DNA from: Eledone cirrhosa
Taxonomy: Eukaryota
Reading direction: 5' to 3'
Length of the DNA stretch: 64,000 nt
Assembly (NCBI GenBank): GCA_964016885.1
Contig: OZ024741.1
Location: 239,940,001 to 240,004,000 of the forward strand
How positions within the stretch are numbered: position 1 is the stretch's first letter; each line of letters begins with the position of its first letter. Under the pieces are notes generated by a model. The model worked only from the letters and a program-made list of their open reading frames with translations, searched no databases and was not told the DNA's origin. The position numbers and the translations under genes were made by a program. Shown one piece after another: positions 11,852 to 24,609 of this stretch.

Positions 11852-14675
11852 ATTGTTGTTTTTGTGTCAGTACTGGTTAAAGATGTCCAGGTGTATTGAG
11901 GATTGAACCTAAAACAGAAATATAATTTCATGAAATTAGATATCAGGAATCATTATTATTATGAACATAAAATGTTATTATATAACTGTATTGTTCAGAA
12001 ATTTGCCTTCTAAACCATGTAGTTACAAATTCAGTCCAACTGTGTGGCACTTTGGGCAAATGTCTTCAGCTATAGTCTCAGGCCCGCTGATACCTTGAGT
12101 GGATTTAGTAGAGGGGTACTCTGAAAACCCTCCATTTGTATATGTGTGTATGTTTGTGAATGTCTTCACCTGTACAAAACATCATTTAGTTGGTGAATCT
12201 CTTACCATATTGAAAAATATGGTTTGGCATTAGTAAGGGCATCCAGCCATAGATATTTTCCATCGATAAAGCAGGTTGAAGCATAATTTTAATGCTACTA
12301 TCGCGACCTCTGCTCCTCAGGGCTTGTTTTGTAACACTTCACCCAGTTACTCTCAACTTATTTGTACAAATGTATATCAGATGATTTCTCTGCAACATAA
12401 ATTACATCACTAACCAATTTCTGGACATATGACAAGACAAGACAACATAGGCCTAAACATTCACAACTCCCATTAAAAGGCCTTCAAGTGTACAAAAAAG
12501 AAAAAAAAAAGAAAAACACACAACTTAGTAAAGCCACAATGTTCAATTAAAAAAAAATCTATGTACATTGCAATTATCTGACTTATAAGTAAATATCAAA
12601 ACACAAACAAATTAACTATACCAGAGCACCTTTCAAACCATGTACTAATCTAGTCATAGTGTGTGACAGCCCGTCTAATCCATGCAAGCATGGAAAATAG
12701 ATGTTAAACAGTGATGATGGCGATGCATTGTATTTGACATATGCAAATATATCATAATTTTTGCATTTACATTCCATGCAAGCATGAGTTGGCCAAGTAG
12801 TCATGGTCTGAGTTAATTCTTATTAGGAGTTACTGCCCTCCTAGATGGGACAGGCTTGTCATGTATTGTTTGCACATTCCATTTTTGGCATGGTTTCTAC
12901 AGCTGAATACCTTTCCTAACACCAACACCTGTATCAGGCGCATCTTATCATAACATCAATATTAGAAAGGATGTCATGTCTTTGGCAGGATTAAAGGGTC
13001 CTCCCGACCCTATACTGTTTCTGTTTACAGAGAGTAGCAGGTGAATTTTATTGTAGTACCAGCACTTGTAAGGTTGTGTTCAATTCTACAAGACTAAAGA
13101 ATAGATATTTAAAGGCTTCCTATCTAAAATGTAATAAACCTAACCTGTCACATTCAATGCTCCATAACTAAATGACATATGCTAATGCGTGCAGAAGGGT
13201 GATTTCACATCAGATTACATGAAATATCTACTGGGACCAATTTATCAGTTGTTTCTGATTTATTAAATTTTTTTACCTCTCTACTATAACTTTATTTAAA
13301 CATATCTGGCAGAAGCTATTCAACTAATTTCTTAATTTTTAACTAAATTTTATTGATGATTTTGTGAAACTATTTAATTTCAAGGCTAATCATGAAATAC
13401 TATTATATGAGGTTTTCAGTTGCATTTTGCAAAGCCATTATGGTAGAGATGATGATATAAATATTAGATATTTGAACAAACTAGCTATGGCCAGCCATAT
13501 TTGTATCAAACTGTCTAAATATCTCTTGTAAGATTCAATCTAAGGAACTATGGCATCAAACATTCAACCATTTGAAGACAACAAAATGCCTTTGTTTTTC
13601 ATCTCTAATTCATCTGATAGATGTCAATGATGTTGAGAATTATTCTATGGAAAATTGAAAACTTAAGTTTGCTAAAGAGATTTTAAAATTGTCACCTGCA
13701 GTATTAATTTCAGATCTTTTGCTTCGACAATAATTTTACCCTCCAAATTTTCAAAAATTAGTAATAAGTAGTTTCTTTAACATAAGTATTTGGGTAATAT
13801 TTTCATAAACAATGTGTGGTAAACATATAGATTTCAAAATTTGATACATGCGACTTTATGTTAATACTGATGAATGAAATTTCATCTTGAATATAGTGAA
13901 ACCAAACTGTTATTCAAATAATTATACACACTAAATTATATAGATCTAGCTATACAAAATAGATTGTTGTTCAAATTCTGATGAAATTAACTGGCTACAT
14001 AATATAAACTTGAACAATAATGATAAAAAGATATCTTATAAAGCTTATTCAACAGGATTGGCCTTTTACTTAATATAATAATAAAAAAAAAATATCAGCA
14101 TAACTATTTACTTCATATCAATTATTTTAAACATACTAGCGTTACCATTCCCTTCATTACAGCTGTAAAGACCAGTCTGTCCACCATTATACTTAGCCCA
14201 AATTTATAACACACCATTATCTAATAACAATCTACACACTGTAATCAGATTTAAACACACTGTAGCTTATTTATTTATATTTTACATCTAATATCTAAAT
14301 ATATATTTCATATGCTATCTACTGTATAGACAAAACATTATGTCCTCTATACATTAAAAATAAATGCACACTATACCATATCCTTATGTAGACAGTTCTA
14401 TATTGTTATTGATCAATATATGTAACAAATATTAAATAGACACAGATTATATTGTTTTAATGGAATAAAGTTTAAATATTAAACATTTGAATCAACATAA
14501 TCAAATTAATTGTGATATAAAACAATATATACAACATTTCTGAAAAATATGTGCACATTATTGTTCAATCTCTTTGTTCTTATTTTAATATCAAATATGT
14601 TACAACAATATCTTACAGATTCACTGAGATTTATTATATAAAATGAGATTATAAAAGATTAGAATAAAAACTTAC

Positions 14676-15110
14676 CTCTTCAATAATTATATCCTAGGTT
14701 ATTCAGTGAGAATCATCATCATCATCAGAAAGATGTATTGTTGTAGAAAGCTCCATTGTAAGTGCTGCTGTAACGGTGTGTGACAATGGCTGTATGTTGA
14801 TGGAGTAGTGTAGCACGTCAGGCAGATAGTCTGCTGCTAGGATAGGGTTGTGTGTGTTATTGAAGTTGTATGTTTGTGGCAGTACATCCCTCTAATATTG
14901 TGTATGTATTTATCCTTAAATATGATGTTTGTTTACTGTTATCAATAACTACATATATTTAAATAGCTACAATATTCTCTAGTTAAACATAACATAAATG
15001 TTTGGTTTAATAACATCAGTAATGTCAATGTTTCTCTTTGTTAGTGATTTCTGTCTATGTTTAGTGAGAATCTGATTGGTTGAATGACCTAAACGGAAGA
15101 CCACTGATAA
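14676..15110 (-). promoter_or_regulatory. Protocadherin A non-coding exon 1 and promoter cassette
   Basis: Donor GAG|gtaagt at 14675, TGACGTG (CRE-like) ~14814-14820, TATTTAAA 14958-14965 and AACCAATCAG 15072-15081; near-identical in four units. TSS is inferred only. Confidence 0.75.
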
Positions 15111-15601
15111 TGTTCTCTTTAATATTGATTTGTTTCCAGCTTCAGTTCATAACTAGGTATAAGTGTGATGGTGTAATATTCATGCCTTAATCATGAGCCT
15201 TAGTAATATTTGTTTTTAAATGTTGATTTTTTTTTCAACTAAAATCTAAATTTATTTTCAATTCCTAAACATTTAAAAGAGAATATTTACAAAAATTATT
15301 TCAGATTTCCTACTCCCCACCATACCTGTAGTTTGTTGGAGAAATTAATGTAAATGGAATGTACATTGCAAACATTTACATAGTATTTTAAATGCCCCGA
15401 ATTGAATATATCTGTATTATAATGGTTTATTGGTTATCTATAAAATGTAATTTCTAACTATTAAAATAACGTTTTGGGTCAATTTTAGATACCTGTGTTT
15501 AATAGAATATACACTGCTATATAATTGGTTTGATATTATGTGTGCAATCTATTTTTTATATTTATCTAAAGAAAGATAGTTATATCACTTCAGTAATATG
15601 A

Positions 15602-15678
15602 TTATACATGTTTCACTGGTGTTTCTTCACTGGAATCTTTTGATGTAGATGTATCATTGTTTTTATATATATTTTGAT
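15602..15678 (-). CDS. PCDH: Protocadherin B exon 4 (terminal): (D)QNIYKNNDTSTSKDSSEETPVKHV*
   Basis: Acceptor tttcag, phase 1; block conserved in four units with an intact frame. Confidence 0.8.
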
Positions 15679-16188
15679 CTGAAATTTAGAAAATATAGTT
15701 TTACAAAATTATAGAAATACCCATTTTCTTATTTACTGAGTAAACATGAAAAAATGTAAAACATATTTTGGAGTTTGTTAAAAAAAAATGTTTTATTATA
15801 TTTTGTGTAAATTAGTTAAATTTATTTTCACTCATACATATCCTCCCTCTCAAATCAACACCTCATCAATCCGACACATTGAGCATCCTAATGCTGTAAT
15901 GAGGTGGTGTTGATGCCATGAAAAAGAAAACACCCAGTCCACCCTGTATGGTGGTAATGTTAGTGCCACAACAAAAAGCACCCATTCCATCCTGTAAGGT
16001 GGTAGTGTTGGTGCTATAAAAAAGCTCCCACTGTAAGGCATTAATAAGGACATCCAACCATAAAAAACAACAAAACAAAATAAGATTGTATTAGCAAGAC
16101 ATGGTCACCTGATCAGTCTTGCATCATAACATGACAGCCCGTCTAATTTGTGTAAGCATGGAAAATAGATGTTAAACAATGATGATAA

Positions 16189-17042
16189 TCTCTTTATAAT
16201 ATATAACCAGCAATTTCTCTGTTTGTCTGTCTGTCCGACAGTGGAAACACGTGCGCACGTGCGAATGTTTTTTGTGCACGCGTAGAGAGAGAGTGAGAGT
16301 GAAAGAAAGAGACAGACTACGAGAGGGGGATAATGGAAGGGAGAGACGGAGAGAGAGAGAGTGAATAGAAGCTAAAACACGTGCACGCGTGCGAATGTTT
16401 TTTGCGTACGCGTAGAGAGAGAGTGAGAGTGAAAGAAAGAGACAGACTACAAGAGGGGGATAGCGGGAGGGAGAGAGGGGGGAATTGAGGAGTGCTACAG
16501 AAACATATATACATTTCTGTGTGTAATATATATATATATACACACACAGAAATATATATACACACAGAAATATATATACATTTCTGTGTGTGTAATATAT
16601 ATATACAATAATATATTCTATAAAAAATGTCAAAACAACAGATGGGAATCTAATTACTCACTGCCACCAAGAATTCTCACTGCTATCGAAAAACCACTCC
16701 TTCAACTATTCTTCTAACAACTTCACCCCTCCCTCCTAATATTCTCTATAAAAACTAAATAGGTCCTCAGTAATATTATTCTGATGAAATGACAGTAAAT
16801 AATAACATTGAAATATTGAATGTCTGCATAACTAAAAGTTTGTAGATAGCAGCTGTTTTAGGTTATGTAACTGTTATAGAAACACGTGTCAATAAATTCC
16901 TTTCAACTAAACTGTATCCATTCAAATCTTTCTATTTTTCTCCGGATTACTTTTGGAACTACAACTGGAACCGTCGAGCAAACTCTACGTGAGCTGATAA
17001 TCTACTGTGTGTAATATTTATATTACAACACAACGGAAAATA

Positions 17043-17087
<45 letters not shown>

Positions 17088-18877
17088 CAGAAATATATAT
17101 ACATTTCTGTGTGTGTAATATATATATATACTAGCAGAAAACCACCCGTGGGCGGTTTTCTGCTAGTCTATATATATAAAACTGATGATGTCTGTCTGTG
17201 TGTGTGTGTGAGTTTGAATCCCTAAAACTCGAGAACCACCCAACCGACTGTTTTCAAACTTTACACATGTAATACTTATGTTTCAGGTAGTCATCATCAT
17301 CACCGTTTTACGTCCGTTCTTCCACGCTAGCATGGGTTAGACGGGTTGTCCTGTTGTGGGCAGTGTCTGGTCGGCTGACCATGCCTTGCTCATACAGGAA
17401 CTGATTTGGCTTGATTTCTACAGCTGGATGCCCTTCCTAACACCAACCTCATTTACAGTGAGTGCTGGGTGCTTTTTCGTGGCACCTAGACGTCCACTTT
17501 ACAGTGTGGGCTGGGTGCTTTTTTGCCGTGGCACCTCCACGACCACCTTGCGGTGGGGGGTGTGGGGCCATATTGTCTATATGCTTCAGCTTGTACCCAT
17601 GGGAGGTCGGGTACTCTGTATTACTGGGTGACGCCAGTGGTCACGGTCGTGTGTCATCGCCTTTGAGAGGTGTAATTGGGTAAGGTCGGCTTTTATCACC
17701 TCATCCCAGGTCATCTTGGGTCTCCCCACTCCGTGGTTTCCATCGACTTCTAGTGCTCTGCACCTTTTTATGCAGCTGTCATCCTTCATACGCATCACAT
17801 GTCCATACCAGCACAACCTGCTAGTCTATATATATAAAACTGATGATGTCTGTCTGTGTGTGTGTGTGAGTTTGAATCCCTAAAACTCGAGAACCACCCA
17901 ACCGACTGTTTTCAAACTTTACACATGTAATACTTATGTTTCAGGTAGTCATCATCATCACCGTTTTACGTCCGTTCTTCCACGCTAGCATGGTTTCCAT
18001 CGACTTCTAGTGCTCTGCACCTTTTTATGCAGCTGTCATCCTTCATACGCATCACATGTCCATACCAGCACAACCGCCTCTCCTGCACACAGAACACTCC
18101 TGGAGTGTTCTGAGCAAAAAAAATTTCAAATTTTCAATGTCCTAGGGACCGCATTAGGCGATTTATCGATCTCGCTCTATAATTCTTAGTCTTTCTCTTT
18201 TTAGATAGATACATACATATAACATCACACCCTTATAATATCTGTCTGTATTACGTCACTTCTCTGAGGATGTCTGTGTGTATGTGTGTGTGAGTTTGAA
18301 TCCCTAAAATTTGAGAAGTACCCAACCGATGTTTATTAAACTTTACATGTGTATTACTTATGTTTCAGGGAGTGTTATGCACATAAAATTCAACCTTTTT
18401 ATCTCCTAGGGCCCGCATTAGGTGAACAACTGCGTTTTTAAACATTTTTAGGGTTTTTTTGTGGCGTTACGTCAGACCGATTTCCTTGAAACTGTAATTA
18501 TGTATTAGTCAGTCTCTTCTTCATACCGTAAGCAAAGAAAATCCAACTTTCTTATGGCCTAGAGCCCGCATTAGGTTAAAAACTTCATTTTTTCAGCTTT
18601 TTAGGGGCGTTACGTCTAGGCGATTTTCCCGAAATTTCAAGGCATATTATGCACATAAAAAAAATACACTTTCTTGATCCTCTAGGGCCCGCATTAGGTG
18701 AAAACCTGCATTTTTCCTGCTTCGTCGAGGAAAATCTTAAAGATTATCCAGCCATCAGAGTATTCGGTTTATTTTCTTTACATATTGTCCAGGCGTGCAG
18801 TTTTTCCACGATTAGGTCTATTGGCGGCCCGCTTTCCAAAATACCTTATCCCGTGCAATGCCGGGTACCACTGCTAG
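16189..18877 (+). mobile_element. Composite non-autonomous Helitron-type element(s) with a nested RTE fragment
   Basis: Begins A|TC(tctttataatatataacc), with a second TC start at 17167 (tctatatatataaaactgatg) and internal (GA)/(TA)/(TG) tracts. Ends with hairpin cccgtgcaatgccggg then CTAG|T. Confidence 0.7.
17290..18090 (-). mobile_element. RTE LINE 3' end, partly duplicated, inside the Helitron
   Basis: ORF 17586..17816 (CWYGHVMRMKDDSCIKRC...STRPPMGTS) is near-identical to the C-terminus at 23512..23757; tail reads (CAT)n on the plus strand. Confidence 0.85.
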
Positions 18878-18916
18878 TATATGATATAATAAATGATGAC
18901 GATGACGATCATATAT

Positions 18917-20370
18917 ATATTGTTATACTTTGGGAGGGTGATGTTGCCAATAAGAAACACACGCACCAGTTGCTTTCATTCCAATTTATGATAAAAAAAA
19001 AAATTTTTTTAAATATAAAAAAAAATTTTTTTTTTAATTAAAAATTTATAAATTTCCTGTTGGTTGGTTGGTTCCACAACCGGACGGTTGTTCATATATT
19101 GTCAAAGTTCTTTCGTCACACATTCTGTGACCTCTTCAGTGACGGGATTCTTTTCTTTGTTTTGTGCCTCTCCTTTGTTCTGTCCTACGCCATCTTGTTT
19201 TTGTGTTGTGTGTGTTTTTATTTGTTTATTTATTTGTTTATTTACATGTTACTGGTTAGTTGTTTGTTCTATGTGCGTGTGTTTTCATTTTGTCCTTAAT
19301 TGTAAGTTGTGATGTTGCTATTCCATTCATGTTTTCTATTTAATTTTGGTTGGAGTTCATTTATGTTTATTGCTTCTGTGATTTGTCTAAACATTGCGAA
19401 AATTAGAGAACATAGAAATAAAAATAAAATCTACACACAGAAAAGACACAATGTTTAGACAAATCACAGAGGCAATAAACATAAATGAACTCCAACCAAA
19501 ATTAAATAGAAAACATGAATGGAATAGCAACATCACAACTTACAATTAAGGACAAAATGAAAACTCACACACATAGAACAAACAACTAACCAGTAACATG
19601 TAAATAAACAAATAAATAAACAAATAAAAGCACACACAGACACTCGGATGTAACACATGCGCAAACTAAGCACACAACACACACAAAAACAAGATGGCGT
19701 AGGACAGAACAAAGGAGAGGCACAAAACAAAGAAAAGAATCCCCAGTCACAGAAGAGGTCACAGAATGTGTGACGAAAGAACTTTGACAATATATGAACA
19801 ACCGTCCGGTTGTGGAACCAACCAAACAACCAACCGGAAATTTATAAATTTTTAATAAAAAAAATAAAAATTTTTTTTTAAAAATTTATAATAAATTGGA
19901 GTGAAAGCAATTGGTGCGCGTGTTTCTTATTGGCAACATGACAACATGACCCTCCCAAAGTATAACAATATCGGTTTCAACACATGTTTTCAGATAAAGA
20001 ATCTTGCTAAACAAATTTAGAAACGATATATATATGATATATAAATTAATGTATAGAAATTGTTGTGAGCGTGAAGTACTATGGGGGAAGGTGGAGTACA
20101 GCCTATTATGTAATGGGGTTGTAGTCACTACAGATAATAATAGTTTTGGCCATATAATATAGAAACTATGTACTATGACAGCTGCAGCTTCACAGCATCT
20201 GTCTTCTAGGTGGCTGTGTACGCCGATTTTGGGAGAATGGGTGAACCGCGTTTGATTTGCCAAATTAGAGGGTGAGTATGGTTTGTTTGGCAGGAGCCCT
20301 GGGTAGAGGTTGGCGTTTGGTTTAGGGTGTTTGCTGAGGGTTAGTAGACTGATTGGAACAATAACGGTCT
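18917..20370. mobile_element. ~1.05-kb inverted repeat (arms ~18917-19396 and ~19449-19971) plus adjacent decayed sequence; probably a Penelope-like remnant
   Basis: The arms are reverse complements (mirror ORFs 19060..19299 + and 19533..19829 -). Adjacent minus-strand AAAVIVHSFYIIWPKLLLSVV resembles a decayed GIY-YIG tail; a related piece lies at ~58180-58330. The family call is tentative. Confidence 0.55.
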
Positions 20371-22154
20371 TATTTACATATATGTGTCTACACACACACA
20401 CATATATATATATCATCATCATCATTTCCGTTTACTGTCAATTCTTCCATGCTTGCGGGTCATCCAAGCCAGGAGGCAAGAATGACCAAGTCGCATGTTG
20501 CTCCAGTGTGGACTGTAAATTTGCCCAGGTATTTTACATCTGGATGCCCTTCCTAACACCAACCACATATATATATATCACGACCATCTGCGGCCTGATT
20601 GTGTGCCCTGGAACTCCCAATGCCCAACTTAGGATTGAACAAAGCACCATCTTCCTATTACAGACTTGCACCCCCCTCTTCCTTAGCCTTCGCACCCCTC
20701 CTCCCCTTACAACACACACGCACTCACACCCCAAACACACACACACCAGTATATATACACACTCACTCATACATATGTACACACCAAGATATACCCCACT
20801 TACACCAACCTCACCTCTTCACATGTCCACCACACCTTCAGCACACACATACCACTCTCACCCACACACACACCTGCCTGTCAACACAGCTACTACCATC
20901 CCACACAGACAGCAATACTACTGCCTCTCACTCACCAGCCTGTTCTGCCGGCTCCACCTCCTCTCCTCCCGCTCACACATTGCCCTGCCATCTCCACCCT
21001 CTCCTCCCACCCCTTTGACATGACCATCTTGACCACTTCTTGTTGCGCGCGCCCCATAACATTCCACTTCCTCCTCGCCATTTTATACCAACCCTACCAT
21101 AAGGACTCTACCACTCGGATATCTACGCGATCTTACCTTCGCTACTGTACCATCCACATACACATACACCGACATCCATTCAGAAACTTAGATACACACA
21201 CAGACACTTGCACCATTTTCACACAAACCCACATCATCCTCTCTTAACCACACAAAAAACGCGTGCACATTTTCACATACACACACACCACCTCTTGATC
21301 CCACATGATCTCCCCCTTACCCCATCCGACCCTTTTCCATCCACATGCACACACACACCTACACCTATACAAAGACTATACACACACACACGGACATACA
21401 CTCCACTCCAATACACACAATGGTTTTTCAAAACCCAATCACGAACACCACTCTCCCCCAGACTCTCACACTTACATACATGCATACACACACACACACA
21501 CCTCACCTTCCGCCATACCCGCTTGGACTCCATTTTCCTCCCTATATTCAGTGAATGAGGGGGTAGGGTGAGGTGGATGGAAGAAGACTAACAGTAAAGG
21601 GAGAAAGAATGAAAGAAAGATGAGAACGAGAACAGAGATAAAACCTAACATATCTCTCTACTAAAATACACCTATTTAAAAAGAGTACAGTCAGAATTTC
21701 CTTCTTTGCTACTCCAAACCTAGAACAATTGGTTACCTCCTCTAACCATATTAAACTAAATATAATGGACCAAAACCCACCCCTCAAAACAACTGCAGCT
21801 GTACCAATCATACACACTCTCTCTCTTCTTTAAACTCCGTCTATCCAAAGAACTACTGTACCAATGCAAAGTCCTTACAGATAACTCTGAAAAAAGCCAA
21901 CATCAACTTCACCTTCATTGAATTCAAATGACAATCCAAGGAGCAGACTTCGTTCAGACACAAAACAACACCCCTCTCAATACACTGGAACAAAAATATC
22001 CCTCACAGCCTGAAATGAAACATAATCACAACTGCAAAAGTTTACTACGGAGAGCAAAGATATGCAGTTTGTACCTAGCAGAGGCTTTTAAAATCCTAAA
22101 TGAAAAAGAACCTCTAACAGGTGGAAAAACTATTTGCCTGAACCTACAAGATCT

Positions 22155-22406
22155 TTAACCCTTTAGCATTTCCATTGATCTATATTTACTATTGTATTTT
22201 CATGGTAAAGGCTTTACCTCATATAGTTATCTCATATAATATCGAATCTATGAGATTTTGATATTTATTTTGAGAACAATACCTTAACAGTATTATGATA
22301 TTATTTATTTTGAGAACAATACCTTAAAGTATTAGTGGCTGGTTTGTACAGAAAGAGGTAAGAGAATTCTGGCTGGATACAGTCAGTTTAAATGCTAAAG
22401 GGTTAA
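22155..22406. mobile_element. piggyBac-type MITE
   Basis: ttaaccctttagcattt ... aaatgctaaagggttaa terminal inverted repeats with TTAA flanks. Confidence 0.8.
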
Positions 22407-22427
22407 AACCATTAAATATTTTAAATC

Positions 22428-24056
22428 AATACCAGGAAGAGGCACCATGATGCCCTCTTCCTTGTGAAGGAGTTACAGGAAAAGTACCTAGCTAAAAGTA
22501 AGTCACTCTACCTGGCATTCGTCGATCTCGAGAAAACCTTTGACAGAGTTCCACGTGCTGTAATCTGGTGGGCTCTTAGAAAACTAGGAGTAGATGAATG
22601 GCTTTTCAAAGCTGTTCAAGCCATGTATAGGGGAGCAGTCAGCAAAGTTAGGATTAGCAATGAGTATAGCAAGGAATTTAGCGTACAGGTTGGGGTCCAC
22701 CAGGGCTCTGTTCTTAGCCCTCTCCTGTTCATTGTAGTCCTGCAGGCAATAACGAAGGAGTTTAAGACCGGATGCCCATGGGAACTCCTGTATGCTGATG
22801 ACCTCGCACTTATAGCTGAATCTATGGTAGAACTAGAGAAGAAATTCCAAACTTGGAAGCAGGGACTAGAAAGAAAGGGTCTCAAAGTCAACATGACAAA
22901 GACTAAGGTCCTTGTAAGTAGACGAGAAAACAGAACCCATATCCCCTCAGGGAAATGACCTTGCTCAGTATGTAGGAAAGGTGTAGGTAGGAACTCCATT
23001 CTCTGCCCAAATGCAAACAATGGGTACACAAGAGATGTAGCGGGATCTCAGGAAGCTTAATTAAGAATGTAGGCTTCACATGCAGCAGCTGCACTGGGAC
23101 AGCAAGCAGCATACAGTCACAGGAAACAAGTACCACCAATCTCTGGGAGGGCTCTGTAGAGACAGTAGACAGCTTCTACTACCTAGGTGACCGAATTAGC
23201 AGTGAAGGTGGGTGTTCAGAAAGTACAATAACTAGGGTAAGAACGGGATGGAAGAAGTTCAGGGAACTACTGCCACTGCTAGCTGCAAAAGGCTTCTCCC
23301 TCAAAATGAAAGGCAGACTGTATGATGCGTGTATCCGAACAGCAATGTTACATGGTAGTGAGACCTGGGCACTGAAGGTGGAAGACTTACGTAGATAGGA
23401 GAGAAACGAAGCCTGCATGCTCCGATAGATGTGTAATAGTAATATAAGCGAACGACAAAGCATAAATGAATTGAGAGAGAGAGACTGAGCATAAGAGGAA
23501 TCAAATGCGGTGTGCAGGAGAGGCAGCTGCGTTGGTATGGGCATGTGATGCGTATGAAGGATGACAGCTGCATAAAAAGGTGCAGAGCACTAGAAGTCGA
23601 TGGAAACCACGGAGTGGGGAGACCCAAGATGACCTGGGATGAGGTGATAAAAGCCGACCTTACCCAATTACACCTCTCAAAGGCGATGACACACGACCGT
23701 GACCTCTGGCGTCATGCAGTAATACAGAGTACCCGACCTCCCATGGGTACAAGCTGAAGCATATAGACAATATGCCCCCACACCCTCCCACTGCAAGGTG
23801 GCCGTGGAGGTGCCACGGCAAAAAAGCACCCAGCCCACACTGTAAAGTGGGCATGTAGGCGCCACGAAAAAGCACCCAGCACTCACTGTAAATGAGGTTG
23901 GTGTTAGGAAGGGCATCCAGCTGTAGAAATCAAGCCAAATCAGTTCCTGTATGAGCAAAGCATGGTCAGCCGACCAGACACTGCCCACAACAGGACAACC
24001 CGTCTAACCCATGCTAGCGTGGAAGAACAGATGTAAAACGGTGATGATGATGATGA
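22428..24056 (+). mobile_element. 5'-truncated RTE LINE (RT to 3' tail) with stops and frameshifts
   Basis: ORF 22464..22958 (GVHQGSVLSP, LLYADD), ORF 23512..23757 and a (GAT)n tail; highly similar to 48110-49737. Confidence 0.92.
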
Positions 24057-24609
24057 CCCCACCCTGACAACAACTCTCCTAAAGATTTGTACCATCAACT
24101 TATTTCACTTTATCATCTTCCCTTACTTCTCTCTGCCAATAACTTTTACCCTTACAACACTTTCATCTTCTCTATTTTTACTCATCTTTTAATTGTTACT
24201 GTATTTAATTAAATGAACATTATATATTACTTTCTTGATAACCAATTCATCTATTTACATTTTTACAAATAACTTATATATTTTCACCTTTTTACTAGTA
24301 CAACTTTCATTCTTTAAATTTCCATCAAGATTATCTCTGTAGTTTTACAAAATCTCTATCTTAATTCTTAAATTTCTATTATTTCCAAATTTAAACTTTA
24401 TTTGTCCATTCAGTACAACTCTTTATGTTGCCAACAGCCTTCTCCATATCACCACTCCTTCACACTAATTTCAAAATGATATTCCCAACAACCCCACTAA
24501 CATCACTACAATACTATACATTTCTGCTAGAGGTTATTACAGGTCAAGTCAGTAGTTATTTTACATTATTATTGTACATCTGGAATTTCTGTGTTGACTG
24601 ATAAAATGA

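Noticed and set aside
14760-14860. CTCF site or vertebrate CGCT-box in the promoter cassette
   Set aside because: No convincing match to CCASYAGRKGGC or a conserved CGCT by eye; a PWM scan would settle it.
15602-15616. KHV* as a canonical PDZ-binding motif
   Set aside because: The terminal Val fits, but position -2 is Lys rather than S/T, hydrophobic or acidic.
15602-15690. Conserved block as an upstream enhancer of the next gene
   Set aside because: It has an acceptor, the correct phase, an intact frame with synonymous changes and a homolog in A, so it is better explained as coding exon 4. A dual role is not excluded.
20310-21571. His/Thr-rich ORFs
   Set aside because: Products of decayed (CA)n-rich low-complexity sequence.
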